In this document: one piece after another, positions 26,185 through 37,880 of the stretch
Numbering within the stretch: position 1 is the first letter of the stretch
Layout: every line of letters begins with the position of its first letter
DNA from: Thalia democratica
Taxonomy: Eukaryota
Length of the DNA stretch: 64,000 nt
Direction of reading: 5' to 3'
Assembly: GCA_965202585.1 (NCBI GenBank)
Contig: OZ241832.1
Span: forward strand, 65,410,001-65,474,000
Made by a program: the position numbers and the translations under genes
The notes under the pieces: generated by a model
What the model saw: only the letters and a program-made list of their open reading frames with translations
The model's database searches: none
Told to the model about the DNA's origin: nothing

Positions 26185-26230
26185 TTTATTACCTTATTTC
26201 GGTGAGCGTTAGCTGACCTTGTCAAATAAA
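26185..26230 (-). ncRNA. Candidate minimal type I hammerhead ribozyme, U3-A8 core variant
   Basis: Minus strand: UUUAU / UUGACAA / GGUCAGC-UAAC-GCUCACC / GAAA / U-AAG-G / UA / AUAAA. Stem I is 5 bp, stem II is closed by G-C with one C.C mismatch, stem III is minimal, and the cleavage triplet is GUA. It lies in the 3' UTR of a Penelope-like ORF, the expected place. Confidence 0.6.
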
Positions 26231-26505
26231 TTCAAAACAGTAAATAACATTTAGACATTGGCAGTAATGTGAATCTGAACTCATTGATGCGTAAAAAAAT
26301 AAATAAACATTAACTATTCAAATTTTAATAAAAAATGCATAATTAGGTGAACTAAATATTGGTATTGATTAATAAATAAAATTAAAAAAAAAAAATTAAT
26401 AAAAAAACTAAATGCAATATAAACGAAAACACAACAAATTCTTAACAAAATTCTGAAAAAAAAAAAAACTAACAGATGATTAAAATGCTAGTAATATTTA
26501 AATTA

Positions 26506-28676
26506 TTAGGTTTTTGATTCATTCCAATAAAATAATAAAAATTTGTTTCTGTGTCTGCAAGAACTCATCACTTCTGATCTTTTATTAATACAATTCTTAT
26601 CTGCTTGAAGGATCTTTAATGCTTCTTTCAAGCATAACCTGCATGTTTCTACTCTAGGTCTTGATTCATATTCTTTTTCTAGTATTGTCCAAGTCAATTC
26701 AAAATTTTTATTTTCGTTCTTCAATGTGTGGATGTATTTTGATAGTTCAGTTGCTTGTTTGTATTGCATATAATTTCTATCTTCTGGGTTGCTATTTATT
26801 GTTGTTCTGTGGGTTGCCACTCTTTTTTTGAATTGGTTGGCGCTTAGACCAATATATGATTTAGTTGCATTGTCAGTTTTTACTGTGGCCTGGTATATGA
26901 CATTTTTTGCTCGACAGTTACCGCCTTTCAAAGGACATTTCTCTTTGTTTCTACAGTTACATGTTTCATCTTCATCATTCTTGTTGCAGTTTGTGAGCTT
27001 CTTGTTGTGATTCTTTATGATTGTCTCAATGTTTGGCAAACAGCTGTAACTTAATTTGATGTTGTTCTTATTCAAGTATTTTTTGAATTTACTGTCTACT
27101 CCGAAGTATTTGTTTATTATTTGGAGAAATTTCTTGCCAATGTTTGTTTTTATGGATTTGCAGTATGGTAGATTAAACCATATTATTTTTCTTTTTCTTT
27201 TTCTAGGTCGTTTCTTTCCATCATCTTCACCTTTGAACTTTGTTTTGTAATTGTAGCCACTTAACTTTATTGCGTCATTGTAATCTTTACTTATTTCATT
27301 GAATAGATTTTCATTGCTAGAATTTTTGGAAAGTCTTTCTTCTATCATTTTTGGAATTTGCTTCAGTATTGCTGGAGGGTGGTTGGACTTTGAATTAATA
27401 TATATGATTTTGCTGTTTTCTTTTCTATACGGTTGGAATGTGTGGTTGTATAGATTGAAGCTTAGGTCTAGATAGTTGATTTTACGTGAAGGATTTTCGA
27501 TATCTAACTTTATTCCCATTTCTTTTGATATGTTGTGCATAGATTTTCTAATTTTCTCTATATCAACATTACTTTTGTTTTTTTCTATGACAATTAATCC
27601 ATCGTCACGGTACAGTCCTGTTGTTAGATTTGGGAGCGCATTCTTGAGTTTATGTAGTATATAGAGACCTACTAATTCACATATTTCCGCTCCATGCTTT
27701 CCTCCCATTGTGATGTCGAAAAGTTCATTCTCTTCTGTGTTACTTTTTCTTTTTACCCAAACTTCTTCTTTATTATGTAGTACTGATTTAGATGCGTTTA
27801 AGATAATCTTCATTTCTTGTTCGCTTACTTTTGTACTTTCGTTTGCAAAAGCTAAAGCTTTACTTAGTAGTTTTTCTGATATAGATGGGTAAAACTCCAC
27901 AATGTTAAACTTCATGAACTTGTATTTGTATTTTTGAAGTTTTTTGTACCAGTTTAAGACTTCTTGGGAACTTCGCCACTGGAGGCATTTGGTTGATTTT
28001 CTTAAGACATTGTTGATTCTGTCAATTATACATTTGCTAATTTGACCTATGTCTGAATAGCTAGGATTTATTAATCTTGTTTTGGGATTGCTGGCGAAAT
28101 CCTTTTTGTGGTCTTTTAGCGTTATATAGCATTGTTGTTTCGGTAAGTAGTTTACTAATTTCTTTTCAACTTAAGATTTGTTACTATCTCTTTTGCTTCT
28201 TTATTTATCTCATTTGTAATTGTTTTGTCACTCTTTTTGTATGATTTTCGAATCGATTTTAGTAATAGCTTGTCGTATTCTAATTTAGGAATCTTGTAGT
28301 AGTTGTTTGTCTTGTCGGCTGGTACTATTAGGCTTTTGGTCTTGCCTATTTGTCTTAAGTCTTTTTTAAGCTCTTGTTGGAAATTGTCTTTTGATTTTCG
28401 AAATTTAACTTGATTAATTAGATCAAACATATCATTTTCAAAATTCTTGAGTTCTTCAGGCTGCTTTGGTGTAAGTTTTGATTTGAAACCATATGTCTCT
28501 TTGTTTTCTATCATGTCTGTGCTATCTTCATCATTGGTGCAGAAGTAAAGTTTAATTCTAATTCGTCTACAGAAACTTCTATTTTTTTCTATTAACTTTA
28601 TTTTGTATTCTGTCTTGTTGCATAAAGGAATGTTCTTAGTTGAATAATTAAAGTTCAGCTTTTCATATGCTGCCAT
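26506..28676 (-). pseudogene. Penelope-like retroelement ORF copy 1 (RT plus C-terminal GIY-YIG), frameshifted near 28160
   Basis: ATG MAAYEKLNFNYSTKNIP. RT motifs FNIVEFYPSI, ITMGGKHGAEICELVG and LYRDDGL; Cys linker CNCRNKEKCPLKGGNC; VIY..YIG; CRLCLKE; SCRHRNK. A 1-nt deletion relative to copy 2 splits it into 28155-28733 and 26506-27915. Confidence 0.95.
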
Positions 28677-28704
28677 TGTTAATATAAAATACACTTTCAA
28701 ACAG

Positions 28705-30934
28705 AAAAAAATAAGACCTAAATATAAATCCACATAAAACCTTTTTTAAATTATTGAAATCAAATTAATAAGTTGTTAAAAAAAAGACAATAAATTTAAG
28801 TTTAAAACATATACTAAAAGTTTTTTTAAATACTTTTTAGAAACTTTTGGAAAAAAAAACTAAGAATAAGTTAACATACCGGTTTTAATTCAAAATTTCA
28901 AACATTAATTCTTTTGAAAACCAGCCTCGGAAAAAAAAAAAAACTAAAACTTAATAACAGAACACTATTTTTAGTTGAATAAAAGTAAAACTCAACTGTA
29001 AACACATTAGATATATTTAATTTATAAAAGTATAATATTTAAAACGGCTTTAACATAATTTAAAAAAATTAAAGTTAGTTTATTTTTGACTTTTTTATAA
29101 TCATTTAACTGTATATTGAAAAAATCAGTCTTGCAAAAATAAGACTTCTAAAACTTAAATTTAACAAAAAATAACTTTGACTATTAGACTTAAAGTAAAA
29201 CTCAACTGTATAACAAGTGATTTAAGATGGTTGTTCGCATAATTAAACTGTTTAACTGTTTGCTAAATATATTGATTTTAAAGAATAGCGGATTTATTTG
29301 AAAATATAGTTTACTGTTTTCTTTTTAGTTATGAGCATTTTCTGCGATTAGTTTTTATGTTTTTGATCAGTTGCCTAAAACTAAACTACACAAAAATACA
29401 ACTCTTTTAAAATACCAAACCTAATACTCAATTTTAAATAATTAAGTATTTTAGTAATTTATGTTTTACGGATTAAATAAAAAGACTAAATTTTTTTCTT
29501 TTCCAATATATTTCATCAATTTTTGTCAGGAAAAAACAGTTGAAATAAAAAACTAAGATAAAACACAAACAAAATACATTTCAAAAATTTATTAATTAAT
29601 CAATTATTTAAATTAAAGCGTAATCAACATAATATATTTGTAAATTAAACAAAATTGTTTTTAACTAAATAAGGCTAAAGTGTAATCATTTTTTTCTTTT
29701 TACATAAATTAGGATTGTTTAAATGTATAAGAATGGCTTGTAGTCTTATTAATTAAAAGTGTTTGAATATTGTCGCATAATACTTTTTTTTAAATTAAAA
29801 TTAACTATATTAAAATTGTTTCCACAGCAAGTGTAGTTTACTAAATGTTCTTATAGTTGATTTTTTCATCGAATTTTTGACTGCGACGCTCTTTTTATCT
29901 TTTTTGTCACTGATGTGCGATATAATACATTTTGGAACATGCTCTTTTATTCTTGTTTTTAGGTGACGGAAAGTTTGTCCAATATAGCTATTTTCACAGT
30001 AGCATTTAAACTTTGTATTCTACAAGTTTTCTTCATACTTTATAAAGAACAAATAGAAAAACTATTTGGTTTGTTCATTAAATCTTATGTTTTTTACTAA
30101 AATTTATATTAATTTGTTTATTGAACTACAAAAAAGTGCTCAAAACATTTGTTTCTAAAGCCTGGTGTACAAAGGAACCTTTCGGTTATCGATACATTAC
30201 TTAGCGTCATAGTCCAGAACATTGTTATTTAATAATTTATCAAGAAAAATTAAAAATGTTTACAGCTTAAGTAATTTTGACATAACTTTTATAAGATCCT
30301 TATTAAAAAAAAATATAATACAATTATCAAAAACTACTAAACTTTCATCTTTAAAAACGTACAATTTTTGTTTTATTTTTAATTAAGATCTTTACTTTTA
30401 AAGTGTAAATCGTTAGACATTTGTTTCAATATCAAATATATAAACTATACTACGTTAGTAAAAATTTGAAATAAATAGTCACCCTAAAAACTACTTTAAT
30501 TTTAAATATGTTTTATGGTATTTATTTCTAAGTTATAAAAATCCATGATGTTTAATAACTATTTCAATTATCTTAAACTGTTTATATACCAATCGATATT
30601 CTTATTTTTAAAAATCTGTAGTTGAACAAGTTATAAAAAACAGGACTTTTAGTTCAAACTGTAACAATTATATGAACTTTGTTATATTTTATTGATTAAA
30701 TACTTTTCTTGTTAACAAACAACCAACAAGAAAATAAACACAACAACAACCTTACAATGAGTTTTGTTCGGTCGGAGCTAATAAAATAACTTTATGTATA
30801 CCGCTTATGTTCGCGGCTTTAAATAACGTGTCAAGTCCTACACATTCTGAGATTGTAATTTCAAATATGATATCTTTATTTATAATATTTGTGAAGGGAT
30901 GTACTGTGTGGTGACGTCAGCAATAAAGAGAGAA
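28705..30934 (-). repeat. Right arm of the inverted repeat, upstream of the Penelope ATG
   Basis: Reverse complement of 23948-26127; ends ggtgacgtcagcaataaagagagaa. Confidence 0.95.
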
Positions 30935-31499
30935 TAATATAAATGAATTCATCACGTGATAAAATCTGAATGCGTCACAATTTGTATAAAATTATATTAA
31001 ATTTTTTTTTTTAATTAGTTTGATAAATAACTAACTGTTACATTTTTTATAACATTAACTCAGAAGTAAAAATTAACTGAATAAATGATTTGTCACAAAA
31101 TTTATTCATAGTTGTATACAGTAAATGTAAACACTAATTATTGAATCAAAATTTAGCAATAACTGTAAAAGTTTTAAGATTAATAACAGTGTTTTTCACT
31201 TTTACTTATAAAGTGAGTTTTGTTTTGCACAATTGAAGTTGTTACAATTTTTAATGTTTTTTTGAATTATTTGGTGGTTAAAAAATTGATATGAAAAAGT
31301 CATTTTACAAATCACTTTTAATGTGCAACAAGATTTTAAGTTTTAAGTACATTAAATTTAAGTTTTTTTACAATTTATACTTTAAAATATTCAAACTTTT
31401 TATTCATGTATGTACCTTACGCAAAATTTCAAGTTAATACTTCATATGTAAGACAAATCTTAAGCGGTGTAATGTGTTTTTAATTTTTTTTATAGTAGA

Positions 31500-32900
31500 A
31501 ATTAATATTTTAGACTATGTTAAGGAAATTTTCTTAAAAGTTATAAAAACCGTTGATAGTTTTTATTGTTTATTGAACTACAAAAAAGCGCTCAAAAGTT
31601 TGGTTTGAAAAACTTTTCGGTTTTAGCTAGGTCCTCTGCTTTGTTTTATTTTTAAGAAAAAGTTTTTTTAGTATGAAAAAAAATTCAAAACTTTATTTAG
31701 AGGTACTGTATTTGCTAAGCGGTTTTAACTAAATTTAAATTTTAAATAATAAACAAACATTCATAGAAGTTTTATAAATCCTAAGAAATGTTTAGATATA
31801 TTTTGTAATAATAGGAAATAAAACTATCAGATTTAGTTTTGTTTGTTTACTGAATACCCAACAAAAATTTCAAAGACTTTTGAAATAAAAAATATTTCTA
31901 AAAGTAAAGTAATTTTAAAAGCTATTTAAAACCTTTGAATTGCAAATGCCACTTTATTATGGTATAGTTGTAAAATAACGTAATTATTATTTATATTAAG
32001 CATATAAAATAAGTTAAAATTACACTTAAATAAACTTAAAATTCAAAATGATAGTTAATTCTTATACTATTTACTAAAAAGTTTAGAAAAGTATATGTGA
32101 AGAGTATTCCTTCAACACAAAATCTCTCGACAAAAGTTATTTCGGAGATAATACTAATATTAATTTTTTTACACAAAGGTAACGTCGTTTCATCAAATAG
32201 GTTCTTCAGGCCTTTAACAATATTATTGAGTGTTTAAAAAAGAAGTAAAACTTGTAGAATATTAGTGTTTAGTAGTTCTAAAATTTAAAATTAGACATCA
32301 GTAAAAGAAAGAACTCCAATTAAAGTAAGAAGGTAATAAGAAATTTCTAATAAGCAATTTTTTATTAAAAACATAAGGTTTTATTTATCTACTAATAAAA
32401 GTATACTTTCATGGTATTTTACTTCTGGAAAAGTTATAAACTTTAAAAATTGTTGTTTGAAGTTTAACTTGTAAGTGCTAAAAGTTTCTTAGCCTTAGTA
32501 ATAAAACTCAAAGTTTTTTTTTATTCAAAAATAACAGCTTTTAATAATGACTTTATAGAACATAATTACTAACTATCTACTTAGTTTAAGTTTACAGAAA
32601 GTCTTAGTCTTTTGCTATGGTAACTTTTGAGTTATTTTTAGTAAAAAATGTTGTGCTTTAACTTTCTAAATTTTGATGAAAGAGCTTTATTTTTATTAGT
32701 TTATTAAATAAAAAACTCTGCTCAAAATACTTGGTCTTAAGACCTGGTGCACCAAAAAAACCCTTCGGTTTTTCAGTTTGTTTCACCACCTGGATACCTT
32801 CTAATGTCTTGTCCAGGACAACAATAAATTGAATTAATAGATCAAACTTATTTATTTGTTTATGAAGTCGAAAATTATATTTGAATGAGACTTTATTATT
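31500..32900 (-). mobile_element. Older relics of the arm-type Penelope family
   Basis: gtttattgaactacaaaaaagcgctcaaaa at ~31568 matches ~30117-30146. The stretch ~32715-32820 (ctcaaaatacttggtcttaagacctggtgcacc...ttcggtt) is a diverged version of ~30138-30230. Confidence 0.45.
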
Positions 32901-35900
32901 GATTGATGATCAATTTTTTTGAATGAAACATTGTTTTGAAAACAAAATCATAAAATATTAGTAGTCAATTACATGTTATGAATAGAGCTTACATACTTTA
33001 AAAAAAAAAACAGAAAAGTTTATAGCTGCATATTTTAACTCTGCAAATAAAAAAAAAAATTTTTTTAATTGTTCAACTTTTTTGTCATATAGAGAATAAA
33101 ACGAAAACATAATTAGAAAAACACTTTCTGTCATTTATTTTAAATTATTTGATATAATTAGCTGATTTGTGTAAAACGTGGTAAATAGTTGTATAATAAT
33201 CTTTTAAACTATTTAAGTGATTATTCTAAAACTATAGTTTAAAGATACTTTTTTCTACTTACTAAAATTTAATGGATGTTTCGTATCGAGTTTAACACTA
33301 TTAACAGTATGCTAAATCTATAGTTTTATTTTGGTTTTTACAAGGATTAAGAGAAAATAAATTCAATATAAAATGTTTTTTTAATGTTATAAGGTAGTAT
33401 TTTAACACTTTATATAAACTTAGTAACCATTTAATTAAATTACTTTTAGTCATAAAAAAAAGAATTGCAATATTCAATTATAGTTTACAGTTGGTCTGAA
33501 AACATAACTTTATGGGAAATAAATTTAAAATTAATTTTAACATACTTAAAAAAATAATAATCTTTAAATAAATTTCTACATCTTCGCTTTGATTTGATGT
33601 TCTAACAGTTATGTTATTTAGGTTTAATTAAAATTTAACCCTATTTTAATATATATTTTAAATGAAGTACACTTTTAATTACTTTTTAGACCTGAACAAT
33701 GCCTTTAAAGACTATGAAAAGTGTTCTACAACTTGTTTCGGTTAATCTAAGTTAAATCGACCGAAATACAAATTTAATATAAATCTCAAATATTTGTAAT
33801 TTACTACAGTTCTTAAAATTTCAATCTAGTTTCAAATAATATTAGAAACTAATCGTTGTTACTAGCTTATGGTAGCATATCATTAATGTCTTGTTAACTG
33901 AAAAAAAATGCGAACCAGATTTTTACAGAAGAACTTTATAAAAACACCAGTTTGTTTATTGAGAATTATTTTTTTTCGGTAGCATAAGGTTCAGAGGTTA
34001 AAATCACATCATTTAATCTCCAATATGAAATAAGTTATCTTGCCAATGATTGAAGGAAACAAAGGCCACCTAACTCATGGATATTAATGTATTGGATCGC
34101 AGTAATTGTAAGTCAAAAAATGTATTAAATTTATTGCTGTTATAGTAATTAAAAATTTTATTTATCAATAAAAGTTCTAAATGTTGAAAAGTGCTTTCTA
34201 AGTTGAAATATTGAAAATTTGATAAAATATAGCTAATGACATAAATCTCTTAAATTAACAACAAGACTTTTCTTTAAGAGATATTTAGACATTTAAAAAA
34301 TCTGTGATAAAAAATAAATTGTTTGTTTTAAATAATTTTATTAACAATTGTCTAATAAAGTCTCAAGACAATTAAAATTATAGTGGGTCAATTTAAATAG
34401 TATTTGAGGAGGTCATAATTAGAAATGAAAAGAAATCTAATATATTAAGCAGAGAACTGAAACTAGTTTTGATAGAATTTAATCTTTATTGCAATACTAT
34501 TTTCAAGCACATTTGACTGGTGTCTTTACATAGTTTAACTTCATAAAGTTTTAGTCAAATTTACTAATCATAAGTAAAGTTAAAATGTCATGTTTGAAAT
34601 GTAATATTTTTCCACTCATCAAAAATAATTTATTGCAAAATGACTGTAAAATAAAAATTTAGTTTGTAATTCTAGTTATAGTAGCTCTTTTGTAAACTAA
34701 TGCAATTATCTGTATTACGTGTAACTATCATATTTCAGAATATTTTATTTTTAATGAGTTTGAAACAAGATAAATATTATCTTGTAACAAAATTCAAAAA
34801 TTTAAACACAATATGACAAAAATCAAACAAACTGGGTGTCCATGTCAAATTCCAATTTGTTGGCATAAGATGTAAAATTAATTGTTGATAGCTAATTTTA
34901 TTATTTTTCATTGTCATTAAGCTCTTCAACATCATAGATCTTACCTACTGCAGGCAGATTGGAGTCTTTTTCAACAATTTTGAAGAATTCAATATACATC
35001 TTTGGGCCATTGCCTGCCCTTTTTCATTTTATACATCTTAAAGCATTAAAAATGCAGATTTTAAAGTTGACATTTATATGCTAATGTACCTAAGAGCTAC
35101 TTCTAAATAATATTCTGTTATTCATTTCATAAATAAACATAATTTTGAATGTGTGCTATTTAAATTAATTACTAGGAAGACAATTATAATTTTTAATGCT
35201 AAGCAAAGTAGCTCATGTGGTCTCACCAACAAAAAGTGAATAAGATCTGAGCTAATTTATTTAAATTAATTGATCTTTGTATTTTGGTATGATGAAATTT
35301 TTTACTACTACAGTACATTTTATTCCTGCATTATGGAAATATTTTTGCCTTACACAGTGTTTCAAGCATCTAATAAGACATTAACATTGTGAAATTTTAC
35401 TATGCATGTCAAGATGCAAGACAATTTATACTTTTTTTTGATGTTGTGTAACTTAAACTGCTGTTACAGAAGTAAAACAATCTCTTATAAACTAATAGCC
35501 AAAATGTTAGTTTGTACAAAATAGACTCTTAAAGTTTATTAAGTGTAATTATTTTCCCACAGTTACATACAAGTTCTTCTGTTTTATCAGAATTGAAGAA
35601 TAACTCCTTGTCAATTTAGTTTAATAATTTATTAACAATGTAAAATCTGAAATGAAAACAAGTATAAACATAAACACTAAAATGAGCTATAGTCTAATTA
35701 TCCTACATCCCCTCCAGCTCATTAAAGATAATAACAAGTTTAAGGCAATGACATAGCTCGTCAAGAGGGGATTTAAACAAGTAACAAAAATATTTTACTA
35801 AGATGAAACTAAATTTTATGCATTAAAAAAAAAACTCAATTGACTTAAATAAAAAATCTTTAAACAAGGGATTTATTTGAAGAAAATCAAAACTGCAATA

Positions 35901-36036
35901 AAACGCACTAAATAAATCAAAAACAATACAAATTCATGCTATTTCACGCTGAATCCTTCCTGGCTCAGCAATCATCACTATCAGCATCAATTGAACACTC
36001 AGCACAAACTTTTGTATAAACAGGAACAAACAGACT

Positions 36037-36750
36037 TCACTTACGGTGATTTCTACTTTGGAGTACTCCACTTTCAAGCCTCCCTGGCGCATTGAAGTCT
36101 TTCAACCTACGCAAAGCAAGCGGCACCTTATTTTTTTTGGGAACTATAGGAGCAGGAATGTACTCTTCCTCAACCTCTTCATGATCCGCTTCAACCTCAC
36201 TGGTTTTACCACTATTGGCACTGTTGGAATCCTCTGTAATCTTTACAGAAGAATCAGGACGTTGAGGACCAACATTGCACTCATGTGAGCTTGGTAGATT
36301 ACTGCTCCAACTATGGGAAGTTTTTGCTTCAATGCTTGTTGAGGCTGGGTTGTACATCCTTAAAAATTTTCTGTTCCTCCGAGTAAGTCTCCGTGAACCA
36401 TCAACTCTGACTACATACTGATCATGTGGAAGCACCTCCATTATCACTCCGCTTCTGTCCCATTTACGTGGATGAGTGCCACTCTGGTTCTGTAGTAAAC
36501 ACCTACTGCCAACATAGAGAGGCCGCAAATTCTGGCTCTTTGGTTAAGTACTTCAGAATTCTTAACAAATCTTGTACGGAGCGCCTCTTCTTTAAGCTTC
36601 CATGCTTTTCTCCACATGGGTTGCACATTAGGATTGGAGAATTTGTCAAGTTTGTTCAAGAATGAGAAACTATCTCGCAGCTGACGTCCATATATGATCT
36701 CGGCTGGAGACACTTGACAATCGCTATCAGGAGTATTTCTCAGATGGAGC
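36037..36750 (-). pseudogene. Gypsy integrase C-terminal remnant, frameshifted near 36530
   Basis: LLHLRNTPDSDCQVSPAEIIYGRQLRD (end of the integrase core), then LYVGSRCLLQNQSGTHPRKWDRSGVIMEVLPHDQYVVRVDGSRRLTRRNRKFLR (SH3-like C-terminal domain). Confidence 0.9.
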
Positions 36751-36881
36751 AAACTTGACAAATTCTCCAATCCTAATGTGCGACCCATGTGGAGAAAAGC
36801 ATGGAAGCTTAAAGAAGAGGCGCTCAGTACAAGATTTGTTAAGAATTCTGAAGTACTTAACCAAAGAGCCAGGGATTTGCG
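36524..36881. repeat. ~130-bp inverted repeat (36524-36653 / 36751-36881) at the integrase-cargo junction
   Basis: The plus strand at 36751-36881 encodes KLDKFSNPNVRPMWRKAWKLKEEALSTRFVKNSEVLNQRARDLR, the same peptide as the minus-strand integrase. Confidence 0.95.
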
Positions 36882-37880
36882 TTACTATCTTTTTGTTAAT
36901 TCTCTCACGTGAAGGGCTTCCGGCAGAGGTTTTTGGAACACCACGAGAAGTTTATTCTCAGTCACGTAATCTTGAAAATGACTGACTATGGGGGATTGAA
37001 GTGATTAATTTCGGTATAAGTATCATCGTGCGACCATTTGAAAATCAAGAGTAGTAACGTAATTAGAACCCCAAGAGTAACAGTACATAGACTATAAATA
37101 AGAGACTACGCTAGCATTTGTCGTTCCACCTAATAACTCCAGAGCCTGATATATATAGCCCAATCCATCCAACATCCAAAGAATTTCATCCGGAGAGGCA
37201 TTCGAAGTGCTCAACCTGAAATCGATTAAGAAGCTCTGATATGATTTCTTTATCGGGGCCGAACTCTTCTGTCTTAAAATCCGCGCTGCAGCAACCCAAG
37301 CCAAAGCTCCTCCTCTGGGACCTAACCACATGGGATTGAATCCGACCTCGAGCGTGACACCCTGTGCAAACGGAACGGCAGCCTTCACTTTGATGTCCAC
37401 CTTTAAATCTGTCCTGATATAATTCTGATCCAATCCCTGAGCGTTGATAGCAAGCGTTGTTGCATTTAGCTTCAGCCCTTCAGTACCATAAAATTCTTGT
37501 CCTATTCTCCCATAACCCTTAAGCTTGCATACTGTATTCCCCGCCACTATGCTATTCGACGTCAGTATCATAACTTGATGCGGACTCAGCCCCACAACCC
37601 CTGCATTTGTATGCACACCAGTAACGTGTGGTCTCGCAGAAGCACTGGGAGCCTCCGGGGGAGGAGGGCCCCTGACATTTTGACTGCTCGCTAAAATCGT
37701 ATCAATCTCATTATTTGCTCGAGCAACTACGTAATCGTGGGCTTCAACGAACCAGCTGATATAATCCTCCCTTGTCTGACCATCCAAATTGCTGATTCCT
37801 ATGCCTCTCAGGTTGTTCTGGGTCATATATCTGCTGTTAGTAGAAGCAACTACCTTAGCACTCTCAGCTGCACTTTACTA
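36882..37880 (-). pseudogene. Endogenous viral-like ORF (EVE2), homolog of EVE1
   Basis: 244-aa open segment 37092-37826. Homology extends upstream (AAESAKVVASTNSRYMTQ vs ASKSARLLAASNGRYMTQ). The same frame continues through three stops to SLQSPIVSHFQDYVTENKLLVVFQKPLPEALHVRELTKR and TAG TAA, ending exactly at the junction (36882). Confidence 0.75.

Larger units (their letters stand above)
16135..29995. repeat. Near-identical direct duplication of 51803-64000 (copy 2 truncated by window end)
   Basis: Line-by-line identity apart from scattered SNPs, small indels, a ~45-bp deletion near 25790 and the 1.7-kb hAT insertion 21995-23694. Confidence 0.95.

Noticed and set aside
26789-27892. Plus-strand ORFs of 60-73 aa (and equivalents at 60795-61898)
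   Set aside because: They are antisense shadows of the A-rich Penelope ORF; their F/L-rich composition is the expected by-product.
36980-37100. Hydrophobic peptide LCTVTLGVLITLLLLIFKW in an alternate frame as a separate membrane-protein gene
   Set aside because: It has no start codon and is short. The main EVE2 frame continues through this region to a natural-looking stop. A frameshifted true C-terminus cannot be fully excluded.
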